A stretch of DNA of 63,118 nt, filler included, from Octopus bimaculoides (taxonomy: Eukaryota): NCBI RefSeq assembly GCF_001194135.2. It is 4 parts of 4 records of this genome, joined end to end, with 100 filler letters (N's around TTAATTAATTAA, not from the genome) between each part and the next. Parts side by side here need not be neighbours in the genome. Positions count along the whole stretch, not along the records: positions 1 to 18,731 come from NC_069008.1; 3 more parts are not named here. One strand, 5' to 3'. Positions 1-12,968 of this stretch are shown here, piece after piece. Within the stretch, counting starts at the first letter, position 1; every line of letters starts with the position of its first letter. Under the pieces are notes generated by a model. That model did not search any database, was not told the origin of the DNA, and saw only the letters and a program-made list of their open reading frames with translations. The position numbers and the translations under genes are program-made.

Positions 1-139
1 GTGAACACGAGGGAACTAGGCCTCCTCCTAAAGCTCGTTTATAATAATGAATACTTAGATCACCACGACCTAACTAGATTCTGCCCCACCAGGTCAGGAC
101 GAGGTAGACCACATACGATCACATCAGCTGCTAGAAAAA

Positions 140-262
140 CCACCGATAGAATAAGCACTAGACTTACAAAGAATAAGTCCTGGGGTCAATTTGTTCAACT
201 AAAGGCAGTGCTCCAGCATGGCCACAGTCAAATGACTGAAACAAATAAAAAGAAAAGAGAAT
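140..262 (+). mobile_element. SINE 3' portion (octopus OR1-like tail)
   Basis: Contains ggcagtgctccagcatggccacagtcaaatgactgaaacaaataaaaga, a tail that recurs many times in the window (e.g. about 32520, 38185, 42130). The family name is from memory. Confidence 0.7.
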
Positions 263-776
263 AGATAGATAGATAGATAAGATTGACAGACAGACTATTA
301 GAATAGTTTTAACTGTCAAAAAAAGAGGGTAGACTTTCAGAATTTCTCCATATTGGTTGGGATTTTTTTTTTTTTTTTTTTTAGATTACATATTTCAAAA
401 TTTCAAGAAAATCCTCTTCTTAAAATCAATTCTATAACTCTTAAATGTTTATCGTCTTCCCTCCTCCGCATATCTTCATGAGAGCTATTACCATTAAAAA
501 TTCTGTTTACCCTCATGTTTATAGTATACCATATTCTCGAACACATATACATTGCATTTTATGAGGAAAACAATTAAACCAACCTACCTCTCGTTGTGCC
601 TTTGGAATAGCAGTCACTATTAAAATGATTTTTTTTTTCCCATTATTTTTCATCCTTTTATTGTATTCCACATTCTGAAACCCCTGTTCCTCGCATTTTT
701 TTTTTTTTCACACAAATTCTTAACATTGACATTTTATAAGATTTGGAGATCAACAACTACAAAGAGTGTGACAATA

Positions 777-1342
777 TCAAGTCATCCCATAAGTTCTGTC
801 CAAATTTTGAATAAAGAAAACAAGTGATCAAATGTTATACTTAATTGAAATTTAATCATCAATGTACTTTCCCTGATTATCTATGACTTCTTTCCATCTA
901 TTTACAAGCTTTTTAATCCCATCAATGTAAAACTCTTTTGGTTTCAAAGCAAAGAACTCTTTCCCATAAACTGAGTGTATGTTTCGAGTCGCTTCGGCTG
1001 CNNNNNNNNNNCCCATCAATGTAAAACTCTTTTGGTTTCAAAGCAAAGAACTCTTTCCCATAAACTGAGTGTATGTTTCGAGTCGCTTCGGCTGCAGAGT
1101 TTCCTTTTTTGTACTCATAAAGCATTATGTGCCTCAAATGCTCTTTGGATACTTCCATGTTAGAAAGGGTTTTAATCAAAGAAATGTTAATTCTATTATT
1201 CTGTAAAATAATACTTAATTAGTTTAAATGAACACAAATGCATAAAGATAATTTTTAATTTCATTAGACATTCTAAAATACTATTAAATTTCATTCAATT
1301 TTAAAAAAGGTAAAACCGGACAGAACTTATGGGATGACATCA
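777..1342 (-). mobile_element. Internally deleted mariner element
   Basis: Inverted ends tcaagtcatcccataagttctgtcc / ggacagaacttatgggatgacatca, flanked by TA. Minus strand carries the transposase N-terminus (MEVSKEHLRHIMLYEYKKGNSAAEATRNIHSVYGKE) and C-terminus (FYIDGIKKLVNRWKEVIDNQGKYIDD*). Confidence 0.9.
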
Positions 1343-2239
1343 TATATAGTGATAGGGATACAGGGAGAGAAGAAATGGGAGAAGAAGAGACAACGGTATA
1401 AAGGCAGAGTGGGCATGAAAAAGAAATACAACCCATATGGTCAATAATATAGAATAAGAAGGAAGAAGAGAAAACGATTCATAAAGGAGTGATGAATCAA
1501 GTGTAAAGATAAAAGGAAAAAAATGTGAAAGAGAGACAGAGTGGAAGAGAGAGAAATAGAAACTCTGTACACAGTCAATAATACAAACATATACGGAAGG
1601 AGAAGGCCAATGCACGAGAACACATAAACCTATACACACTTGCACATAAACGCACACAGTAACTCTCTTTCTATTTCACCCTTTTTCTTTTTATCACATA
1701 CACACCTACGCGCGCGCATACATTCCTATAGGCACTCAAAGAGCGTAAACACGTGTATGCTCATACAGATAAATACATAATATAGGGTTCACAAAGGCAA
1801 CATGTGCAAAAGATTAGAATCTCTTCGTAGTTGTTTGATCTGATCAGAATAGCAATTATCTTATTCTATGATCTTGAAAGCGACATTCGATAACGATTTA
1901 GTATCGTTGCGGCTTGAAGGTTGTTGGTCGATCTGCGGTAGTGACTGGTTGAACTGATGAATGAAAACGTGTTTCTTGGACTGTGTGTAGAAGTAACTGA
2001 ACCACACCTGCGAACATTTAACAGAAGATTTTGTTATCGTACTTAAAGACAAACTGCGTTGGTCTTTTACAAATAACAGCAATAGTTACATACTGAGAGA
2101 GATACTGCTTGGAGTCTACAGCAAGCTATTGATACGGCAACATGTACTTCGTCCCAACATAACTGGAAACAAATGTATAATATTCGTGGCGACAGAGGTT
2201 CCAGTCATCGGCGAAGGTAAAGAATACGCACATCTGGTG

Positions 2240-2271
2240 TTTAGGGTTAGCTTTAGGATTAGGGTTAAGGT
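2240..2271 (+). repeat. Degenerate telomere-like (TTAGGG) array
   Basis: ttagggttagctttaggattagggttaagg. Confidence 0.7.
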
Positions 2272-4960
2272 TTTTGTTACGTCGAAAACAGGTGGTGTGC
2301 TTATTCTTTACCTCTGCCTCATCTGTCTTAGCTCCTTCTTGGGTTGACATGTTGGTAAAGATGTGTGTTAAACAGTTTTTATAAGGGACCGGAAGTCAAA
2401 TCCTATTTCAGTTCACTCCCTACATTCCATCCTCTTCACCTCCCACTCTCTTTTCGAAATCTCACAAACTTACCAGCCCATTCACACTATTTAATCCTTG
2501 GACCCATTTCACTTATATACATTTCCCTGTAACTTGAGAATATCCCTCCTTGTCACATCTTCACTCTCTCCTTCTCTTTTTCCTCCTAAGGTAGCCATGT
2601 ATCTCCTACTTCTGTCCTACTCTAACCTCTCATATGGCACAAATCCACCTTCCTCAATATTACCCCACATCTGCTGAGGGGGTCTTTGCTTTGTAAATTA
2701 TTTAGTGACCTCATTGCTGCGGGTGCCACATCAAAAGCACCGATTACATTCTATAAAGTGATTGGTGTTAAGAACATCAGCCATAGAAACCATATCAATG
2801 CAGACGGTAGAAGATAGCACCAATGCTATCTTCTGACTTGCCAGATCCTATCACACCATCCAACTAATACCAGCATGAAAAATGGATGTAATATGAGGAT
2901 GATGACACACACGCACACGTGCATGCGGACACATACACACACGCACACGCACACATGAATGTGTGTATGTCTATATGAGTATAGATTCCATGCAAAAATC
3001 TGAGTTTTCTATTGTTTTCTTAGTGAAAACCGTGCAGGTGAAAAGATCAATAGGGGTGAAATTTCTGAGGTTTCCACCGCATCCCACCCCATTTTCCGGA
3101 CCCTAAAAAGGACTTTGTAGCATACTAGAAAGTCACCAAAATTCATTCAATGAAAAAAAAAATTTTCCAATGATTCCGGGTTGGTGGGGGTTCTCCTCCC
3201 CCCCCCCTTTTTTCTGAACAAAAATAAGGATAAGGAGTTCGCAGTATATTAGGAGGTCAGGGTACTTGATTCCACGCAAAAAACCTGAGATTATTTTTCT
3301 GAGCGAAAATCGTGTGGGTGAAAGGGTCAAAACTTACCCTTTCATATTGGTAATTATTTGATGGCAACGATTGGAGAGAGGAAGGTATAACTTGGCTGCC
3401 TCTATGAAGAACTTGTGCAACAGACTTTCTTCATGTTGAGAAGTTATAAATAAATATCTTGCAAGATATTGTTGCAGATATTTTGATTGAATTCCTGGCT
3501 TTTGGATTGATTCTTTTATGTCTCTCCAAAGTCTTTCAATGTTTTATGCGTATGTTTTTATGTGTGTGCTATCTTCAAAATTGTTAGAGCAAGGTATTTT
3601 CCCATCATTGTTTCAATGTGGGCATATCACTATGTTTGGTAATACTCTGTATGAACGAAGGAACTCAACTGATTTTTGATCGTTACAGTGAAAAGTGCTG
3701 ATGCATTCATAGGAATCAAAATTACAATTTTCAAAAGTATTGAAATTCTCCATTCTCCAGCACTAGTTTTCAAATGTGACCTTATGGAAAATGAAACGAA
3801 GGATAGATTTCAAGTAAACCTCTCCATGGCCTTTTTGAATGGCATAGATTACGATGATAAAAAAAAATGCATCTTATAAATTTTCCAACAGTCTTCTCCC
3901 CACCCCTTCGGAAAACATTTTCCCCACAAATTTCTTTATAATTGTAATCTATGCTGTTTAAGGTATTTCTGTAAAATTTCAATGCAGGGTTGCTAATTTA
4001 GCATATTTTATGCTAGATCCAACAATTTTTTCAGCATTTAGCAGAAAATTTTTGAATCTAGCATTTAGCGAGGAAAATAGCAGGTTTAAAATTTTGTTTA
4101 GCATTTTTTTAGCAATTTTTTCTGATCATGACATTTCCACAATAGTTGCCCTTTTTTCTTCTTTTTCCCCCCTTTTCTACTTTCATTAACGTATCTTACA
4201 GCCAAATTTTAGTACTATTGGCTATTGTTGAATTTTTATTTCACTTTCATGAAACTTTAAATGAAAAGGAAGTTTATTAAGTTATGAAATTTTCCAGCCT
4301 CCCTCCCCCCGTTTGGATTCAGAGGAGTGCTGGTGGGGGGAGGGGGAAAAGATAAAGCATGTCAGCAACTGAACTCCCTACACAATAATGTAAATATGTT
4401 GCACAGAATGAAAGCATGGAAATTCGTCCTAACAATGCTCTATTCTGTAGTGATGAGTTTTTATCATGACTGGTTGACTGATTTACTTTCAGTTTGACTG
4501 TTTTAAAATAGGCCTGTGTTTTTTCATGCTTGTTTTAGATTATATATCTTGTATAGAAGTACAGGGGTGGCAAAGTCTCCCCCTTTATATTTCCACTTTT
4601 TTTTTTCAAGTATTGTAGTTATATTTGTAGTTTTACCAATAGATATTAAATGTAAGATTGGAAGCGAAATATGATATTCCCAGGTTTATATCAGAACACA
4701 GTTTGGATCTTTCTGATTTGACGGGCAACACTTTTCATTAATGTTTTATGTAGTATTTTTGGTACCAAAACACTTTCAAACTTCGTATACTTGTATATTT
4801 TGTGTTATAGAACAGATAAAAATGTTTGTATTCGAAGTTATTTCATGTAAAAAATTGTTGTATTTCGGTAATTTCAACCAATCACTGACGTCTATTGAGG
4901 TTGTGGTGTTATGGAGGAAAAAAGACAACAAGAAGCAAAAGGACAGAATGAAACGTTGGA

Positions 4961-5099
4961 CCTTACCCTGTCGACTGCAGCGGAGTACACGATCGCTCCT
5001 GATCAGAACACGTCTTTCTCGTAACATCGCTGTTTTCTGACTGACCCCACGTGCTAGCCTTCGACCACGTGTCGCCGACTTCCGCTCTGACCCTTCCGG
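4961..5099 (-). promoter_or_regulatory. CpG-rich promoter-like segment with candidate first-exon donor
   Basis: Two CACGTG E-boxes (5048-5053, 5066-5071), ETS-like ACTTCCG (5078-5084) and CTTCCGG (5093-5099), high local CpG content, and a minus-strand donor CAGG|GTAAGG at 4967/4966. No downstream exon was established. Confidence 0.35.
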
Positions 5100-5305
5100 T
5101 CTGGCTTCACCTCTCTCCACCACAACACACAGCTCATCACAGCCCATAACACCACAGAGGTGAAAACAATTACTGCTGTGGAAAGTAAACAACGGTGTCA
5201 TGGGATCTTTTCCCTTGAATAAAATTAGTGCCGTTGTTTGTCAACAACAACTACCCGTGTTACTCTTATTTATGACATCGTTCGTGCGTTTGTACTGGTC
5301 TTAGC

Positions 5306-5492
5306 TTTAGGGTTAGGGTTTAGGTTTTAGAGTTAGGGTTAGTTTTAGGATTACGGTTAGGGTTATGATTATTTTTGCCATAACCTCACTCATAACCCTA
5401 ACCCTAACCCCCTATAACTCATAACCATAACCTTAACCCTAACCCCAACCCTAACTCTAAAACCTGAACCCTAACCCTAAAACCCTAAACCC
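5306..5492. repeat. Head-to-head degenerate TTAGGG / CCCTAA arrays
   Basis: 5306-5366 is TTAGGG-like and 5385-5492 is CCCTAA-like. The arms share the irregular variant tttagggttagggtt(t/c)aggttttagagttagggtt. Confidence 0.8.
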
Positions 5493-5998
5493 TTACTAGG
5501 GAATAATGATATAATTAAACAGGGAATAACACTCTTGACACCGGCAAAAATTATCGTTTACAAAAACAGCAGTAACTGTATTCAGCTGAATAGACGTCAG
5601 TGATTGGTTGAAATTACAGAAATACGACAACTTTAACATGAAATAACTTGCAATATATAAATTTTTGTTAAGAAAGCTAATAGAAAAAGATGTTTTATAT
5701 GACACATTCTACCAGTATCCCAAGTTTGAAAGTGTTTCATTAAGAAAACAAGTGTTGCCCATCAAATCAGAAAGATCCCACAGTTTTAGGATTTCTGCAG
5801 ATTTTACTTTTCCATTTATAAGTTGGCCACCCTGCATCCTGAATCAGTATTCTTCACCTCAAGAATTTGTAAGCAGCAAACATAAGAATTGTTAATGACG
5901 AATGAAAGAATTGTTAGCAGCAAACTGATAAGTTGTGTTTTCAATTTTAAATTTTTCTTAATCATTCAATTTATTTTCTTGCTTCCCACTACATTATA

Positions 5999-7342
5999 AT
6001 GAGCAAAGAAAAAAGTTGTACTAGCAAAAATTCCAAAAGGAATGGCTTAAGATGCCAGTGTTTACTAAGGTGTAATATATTGGCAAAATATTCTCTTTTA
6101 GTAAGCCACTGTGAAGCAAAGAAACATAAAGCATCAACTCCACACCAGATGATTCCTCTTACCAATTTTATTAAAACCAAAAATGATAAGACATCTATGC
6201 TTGTTCTTTGTTGTCGCCCATCATTTAATAGCTGGGATCACTTAATAGAGTTATGTAAGAATTATATGTCTGATGGTGATATTATATCCAAAGTGAAGCC
6301 GCATCATACAAAATGTGCAAATATTGTGAGAAATGTTCTAGTGCCATATTTTGATGGAGATTTGATTTCCGATATAGGAGATAGAAAATTGAGCCTGTTA
6401 TTAGATGAATCCAATGATATATAGATAAACAAGTTGTTAGGAATTGTTATCATATATTATATTGACACTCACAAAAAAGCGGTACATACATATCTCAGTA
6501 AGGTATCTTTAGAAACATGTGATGCAGATGGCATTGTAGACGCCTTAAAAACTGAATTAGTGAAAAAGAAATTAGATATAAAACATTTATTGGCTATAGG
6601 AACTGACAATGCTAGAGTAATGATAGGAGTCAACAATGGTGTTTTCCGGAAATTAAAAGAAGTTCCATCATTACTTCTATTTAGATGTGTATGTCATTCT
6701 TTACAGTTGGCAGTATCCCACATTTGTGCTGAATGCCAGCCCATAAATTAAAATTTTTTAGTATCTGAAACCTATAAATGGTTCCCTCATTCTTCAACAA
6801 AACAAAGTGCCTACAAACACCTTTACCTTGCTATCAATGGTAAAGAGACTTTGAAGATTGTGAATTCTTATACAGCTAGGTGGCTGTCAACAGAACCAGC
6901 TGTAGATAGAATTTTAAGCCAATGGTTTGAATTGCAAACTCACTTCCAAACTACAACTACAAAAGAAAAATGCTTTACAGCACAAATGTTACATGAAATG
7001 TTTTGTGATTCTAGGAATGAATTTTACCTTTTATTTTTGCAAACAATTTTAAAACATGTTCAGGAAGTGAATAAACTGTTTGAATCAAACACTGTTGACA
7101 AAACAAAATTACTTGAAGATCTTTCAAATTTGATCAAAGCTGTTGCTAATGTGATAGTCTTGCCAACATGTAGAATTGATCCTCTTGATCCTGATGCTTC
7201 TATTGAAAAATTTCTGGATCCTAAACCAAATTTAAGAAAGATAGCAGAAATGATTATCAAGAAGACTGTAACAGCCACCGAAGAAAATAATATTCGCAAA
7301 AGAGCACAACAACCCATTAATTTGAAGGCCGTGGTAACATAA
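5999..7342 (+). pseudogene. Decayed hAT-superfamily transposase
   Basis: Broken ORFs 5999-6424, 6434-6751 and 6851-7342 contain LSLLLDESND, GTDNARVMIG, RCVCHSLQLAV and RWLS, typical hAT DDE and C(2)H motifs. Multiple stops and frameshifts. Confidence 0.85.
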
Positions 7343-8679
7343 AAAAAAAACTAGAAAAATCCCCATCAAAACAGAGAAATTCCAACTTTTGTGGGCTTCC
7401 TGATCCAAAACTCCTCTCCCACACAATTGGAAAAAAATTTCCCTACAAATACCTTTATAATCATAATCTATGCTGCAGTTTGAAAGGTATTTATGTAAAA
7501 TTTCAATAAAAAATACCCATTTTCCAACTTGGAAAATTTTTTCCAATAAATACCTATATATCCTGAATGTACACCATCTATGTGGTATTAGTTGAAATTT
7601 TTGTTAAAAAGAATCCATTTTTCTGAAAGTTATGAGACAACAAAGTTGGGGGAGGAATACATCCATAAGAATGTCCAAATCTTTTACTTTTATTATGTTT
7701 TTGCTCGTCTTTTATCATTTTTATTTTAAACTTAAACTGAAAGCATTTAAATTACCAAAGAGTAACAGAAAATTCAACAAAATAATCCTCCCCGACCAAT
7801 CACAGCAATTAAAAAAGTTAGTAAGTTATAAAGATTATTTCAACACTTGCTACACTCATGATTTAGTTCTAATGCGAGTCTAGAAAGTAACATAACTTCC
7901 CCACCTGAATGGCAACAAAGTCAGAGAGTTCTGTATACATCTGTAGGAATGCCTAATATTTGTTCTACAAAATTTGGATTCATGTAAACGGCCACACAGA
8001 ATAACCTAGAAGTTCGCTGGTTCCCAACTCCTGTCTGAGATGTACCTGTCTATGTGCTACTGCATACATACCTAAAACAATTAGAGAACATAATCATACC
8101 AGCTTACAAGTCACAGCTGGCTGTACTACACTAAATCTATTTTAGCCAACATGAGGCTCATTACATGATAGAAAAACCAGCCAAATACACCTCAAATTTC
8201 AGTCTGTAGTCATAGTTGTATTTGCAATGTGTCTGATGGGGTTGGTGAGAGTTAATGACAGTTCAGGATATGATATAAGAAAGCTAACTTTGTAAGTCTT
8301 AATTGTATATTTTTAGATAAGCATAAGAAAAGTAATTATGAGGGCAGGTCGATATCATCCACCCCTCAATTGGTACTTTGCTTGATCAACACCCCCAAGG
8401 GGACCAAAGATAAAGTTGACCTCAGCAGGACTTCAACTTGAAACATAAAAATCAGAATACTGCAAAAGCATTTTCCTAATGCTTTAACACTCCTTATATG
8501 TCTTCATTGTGAAAGTGAGTCTTCAGATGTAATCAATAGATTATTATGTTTTTTAAATTAATTAAACTTTTATTGTTTCCGTAATGGGATGCAAGAAACC
8601 CTCAGAATTATGTGGAAAAATTCTAGTGTTTCATGACATAAGGTGTCTTTCCATAATATTTCCATTTTTATAAATGGGT

Positions 8680-11160
8680 GAGTGGTTAGCGATTTTGATT
8701 CACAACCATGTGGTTTCGGGTTCAGTCTGTCCCACTGTGCAGTACCAAGAGCAAGTGTTTTCTACACTAGACATGGGTTGACTTGCATGTGAAATTGGTA
8801 GATGGAAACTGCGCTGAAGCTTGTCATAAGCAAATGTATGTATGCATGCATATGTGTTTGTCTTCACAAACAATGTTTGTTTATGTGATAGTTGCATAGG
8901 GTTGCTCATTTGGTATCCTGATATGTATATAGAACTCTCAAAGGAAGTCTCATGCAACTATGTGGAAATCACGAGAAGAGAACACTACTAGGAACGGTAT
9001 AGCGTGGTTCTCAAAGAGTGAGCTGTGTAACTTGCAGTTATGAACATTCAACACTTGTCCTATAAGAGTGAAACACAACACATGGTAACAAGGATGAGAT
9101 CTGGAAAACATTTAAACTTGAACAACTTGGAAGAATTTAATGCCAGGCTGATACAGTTTGAAGCAAAAATTGAATGCGGTGACATTGAAGATGTCAAAAA
9201 GAAGCCAACATTTCTACCTGTGGAGTTGAAACCATAATGAAGTTAAAAGATTTTTTTTTTTTCCCAGTAAGCCTTCAGAATACAACATATCAATAAATAA
9301 TGAATGCGTTGCAAAAACTAATAAAACTGAAGAAGAGGCTGTTAATTGTGGACAGATTAAAATTATTGAAACTGAAGCAACTAGAAAATGAGTTAATCAA
9401 CAGCTTCCTTCTTAGGATTAATTCTTGTGCTTCACCTCTATATGAATTTCAAAAGAAGATTTGTCCCGGCATACGCTGAAAAAGTAGAACTATTCTTGTC
9501 AACTAGATCTACAGAATTTAAGTGAGGTAAAGAGCAAGGTAAGGCCTTCCGTATGCTTATCACTCATCTTTTGGAGACTCCAGTCTTGCAACCGTACTCA
9601 ATGGAGATGAGCACTCCCATTGTAGGTGCATCCTTGATTGCAGCAGCTGGGGTGTTAGGAAGGACAACCAATAGCATTCATAAGCCACACCTTTAGCCAG
9701 GCACAACAAAATTGGTTGAACATTGAGAGAGAGGCTTATGCAGTGGCATGGTGCGTGGATAGACTGTGGCATTTCCTTCTAGGAAAGCAGTTTTATTTGG
9801 AAACAGATCACCAGCTTTCAAAAACCCTGTTCGCAAAGGATTTAGATGTATTTCGATGTGCCTCACAAAAAATAGCCAGGTGAAGTTTGATCCTATCACA
9901 GTACGATTTTGTTGTTGTGTATGTTCTGGGTAAAAGTATTCCACACATCAATGCCCTCTCTCGATTGAAGTTGAGAATAACAATGGTGACATAATTTTCT
10001 TTGCTTCGCATTTAGACAAATGCAACAGTGCATGGCAGGACATCGACACCATAATAATGGAAGGCATCCGAAAACAACTAAATGTGAATGCATTATATAA
10101 CAAAATAAAAGAAAGAATTTTACAGCAAAATTGGAGATTGGCCTCAAATGCAGTTGTTAAAAATCGTCCATTTATTCCAGCACCTTATAGAGCCACATTA
10201 TTAGCTAAAATACATGACACACATGGGCATTCAACAAACAAACAAGAAGGCCTGAATTTATTGTATTAAAGAATTATTGTCATCACTAGGTTGCAAAAAC
10301 ATCAAGACACCTGCTTACAGTCCAGCATCTAACGGCACTGCTGAAAGGGCCATACAAACTGTGAAAGTTGCACTGGAGCATTTTGATCTGAAGACAAGGA
10401 ATTTTGGCAACTACTTGAACAAAATTCTGTTCAACCATCAGAGAGCCTTGGGTGGTCGTAAATTATCACTGGCCATAAAATCAAGACCATTGAGGGTTGC
10501 TGTAAACCTATTCTTTGAAATAGGTGAGGATGTGATACACAAAACCATGTTCAACAAGGTTACATCCAAAATAAAATATATGATACATGCCAGAAAGCAT
10601 ACTGCATGGATTAAGTAGGCGGGCCACCCACTGAAGTTAGTGACAGTTGAGCAACTGGCCCCACTGAACAGAATTGAACCAGAACCAGAATTGAGCACAA
10701 CACTATGCTGCATCTCCAAAGATGTCTAACAGTGACAATGCAACCATATCAAGTCCCTGGGCTAGGCATACACCAACGCTGGAGTCATAGAAGAAGTGGA
10801 GCAGCCTATTATTGACAATGCTAGCTGTTGAAGATCGAACACAAGAATTGCAGCAGGATATAAAAAGTCAATATGTTTTGAGGAGCAATAATGTGATAGT
10901 TGCATTGGGTTGCTGATTTGATACCCCAATATGTATATAGAACTCTCAAATGAAGTTTCATTCAACTACATGGAAATCACAGCATGGTTCTCGAAAAGTA
11001 AGCTGTGTAACTTGCAGTTACTAACATTCAACATTTGTTCTATAAAAGTGAAACACAACAGTCTATGTCTCTGTGACCAAGCATGTACAGCAAAAGGTAA
11101 TTGAGAGAATAAGTACCAGACTTAAAAATAAGAACAGGGCACTCCCAATGACTGAAACAA
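8680..11160 (+). mobile_element. tRNA-derived SINE split by the LTR element (8680-8883 and 11061-11160)
   Basis: Head caaccatgtggtttcgggttcagtc... at about 8700. The sequence resumes after the 3' LTR with gtctatgtctctgtgacc...gagaataagtaccagac. Confidence 0.6.
8884..11060 (+). mobile_element. Deleted Gypsy-type LTR retrotransposon
   Basis: Direct LTRs 8884-9080 and 10892-11060 (TG...CA), TSD gttta/gtcta, PBS-like tggtaac at 9083. RNase H remnant (IEREAYAVAWCVDRLWHFLLGKQFYLETDH, about 9700-9800) and integrase remnant (TPAYSPASNGTAERAIQTVK, about 10300-10370). Confidence 0.9.
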
Positions 11161-11233
11161 TTTCAAAATATTTAATGTTTGGTTATTTTATACATCAATT
11201 ATGTATTTCAAGTTACACAAACACACAAGCATA

Positions 11234-11446
11234 TGAGAGTGTGCTGAAAAGTTCCTGACTTTAAGGGTATCATGGAAGACCTGGGTTGGAGTTCCAACCT
11301 TCTGAGTTCTTTTATAGGGCTTACAAACATGAAGGACCACAGCAATAAGTGTGTGAATTTGAGAGGGGAATATGTTGAATAAAATAAGTAACTGATCTGT
11401 TGTATTTTCTTCTACCCAAAGCCAAGAACTCTTCAGTACCCCCTCG
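11234..11446. mobile_element. Tc1/mariner-type MITE
   Basis: TIRs tgagagtgtgctgaaaagttcc / gaactcttcagtaccccctcg with TA on both sides. Same family as 54583-54792. Confidence 0.75.
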
Positions 11447-11662
11447 TATAATTTGAAAATTGCAAGAATTCTTATTTCACTCAATGCCTCATCAATTATA
11501 TGGTGGTGTTTGTCTGTAAATATAGGGATGGGTACTGTAATATTTCAGGGAAAAATTGTATAGCAGTTCTATGAAAAAAATGTTTTGGAATCATTGCTAG
11601 AGATTTGTAGTAACATATGAGTATACTGGGCAAGTATTAAATTTGAATTCCATTAGAAATTA

Positions 11663-12968
11663 TCAGGTCGTCCCATAAGTTCTGTCCAATTTTACCTTTT
11701 TTTAAAATTGAATGAAATTTAATAGTATTTTAGAATGTCTAATGAAATTAAAAATTATCTTTATGCATTTGTGTTCATTTAAACTAATNNNNNNNNNNNN
11801 NNNNNNNNNNNNNNNNNNNNNNNNNNNNNNNNNNNNNNNNNNNNNNNNNNNNNNNNNNNNNNNNNNNNNNNNNNNNNNNNNNNNNNNNNNNNNNNNNNNN
11901 NNNNNNNNNNNNNNNNNNNNNNNNNNNNNNNNNNNNNNNNNNNNNNNNNNNNNNNNNNNNNNNNNNNNNNNNNNNNNNNNNNNNNNNNNNNNNNNNNNNN
12001 NNNNNNNNNNNNNNNNNNNNNNNNNNNNNNNNNNNNNNNNNNNNNNNNNNNNNNNNNNNNNNNNNNNNNNNNNNNNNNNNNNNNNNNNNNNNNNNNNNNN
12101 NNNNNNNNNNNNNNNNNNNNNNNNNNNNNNNNNNNNNNNNNNNNNNNNNNNNNNNNNNNNNNNNNNNNNNNNNNNNNNNNNNNNNNNNNNNNNNNNNNNN
12201 NNNNNNNNNNNNNNNNNNNNNNNNNNNNNNNNNNNNNNNNNNNNNNNNNNNNNNNNNNNNNNNNNNNNNNNNNNNNNNNNNNNNNNNNNNNNNNNNNNNN
12301 NNNNNNNNNNNNNNNNNNNNNNNNNNNNNNNNNNNNNNNNNNNNNNNNNNNNNNNNNNNNNNNNNNNNNNNNNNNNNNNNNNNNNNNNNNNNNNNNNNNN
12401 NNNNNNNNNNNNNNNNNNNNNNNNNNNNNNNNNNNNNNNNNNNNNNNNNNNNNNNNNNNNNNNNNNNNNNNNNNNNNNNNNNNNNNNNNNNNNNNNNNNN
12501 NNNNNNNNNNNNNNNNNNNNNNNNNNNNNNNNNNNNNNNNNNNNNNNNNNNNNNNNNNNNNNNNNNNNNNNNNNNNAAGGAGTGATGTTTAATCATGACA
12601 ATGCGCGACCCCACACTGCAAAGATCACATCACAGAAGATCAAAGAGCTTGGTTATGAAAAAATTCCTCATTCACCTTATTCTCCCGACCTTGCTCCTTC
12701 AGACTACCATTTGTTTCATAGCTTACAGAATCATTTGGGGGACATAACTTTCGCAAGCCAGGAGGAGGCCGAAACTGACATTTCAGAGTTCTTTGCTTTG
12801 AAACCAAAAGAGTTTTACATTGATGAGATTAAAAAGCTTGTAAATAGATGGAAGGAAGTCATAGATAATCAGGGAAAGTACATTGATGATTAAATTTCAA
12901 TTAAATATAACATTTGATCACTTGTTTTCTTTATTCAAAATTCGGACAGAACTTATGGGATGACCTGA
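11663..12968 (+). mobile_element. Full-length-sized mariner element, transposase mostly in an N gap
   Basis: TA-flanked TIRs tcaggtcgtcccataagttctgtcc / ggacagaacttatgggatgacctga, span 1306 bp. Visible C-terminus HDNARPHTA...HSPYSPDLAPSDYHLF...GKYIDD* is a mariner D,D34D signature. Confidence 0.92.

Noticed and set aside
5306-5492. Head-to-head telomere arrays as a chromosome fusion scar
   Set aside because: Arm homology extends into non-telomeric flanks and the arrays share irregular variants. This fits an inverted pair of one dispersed repeat better.
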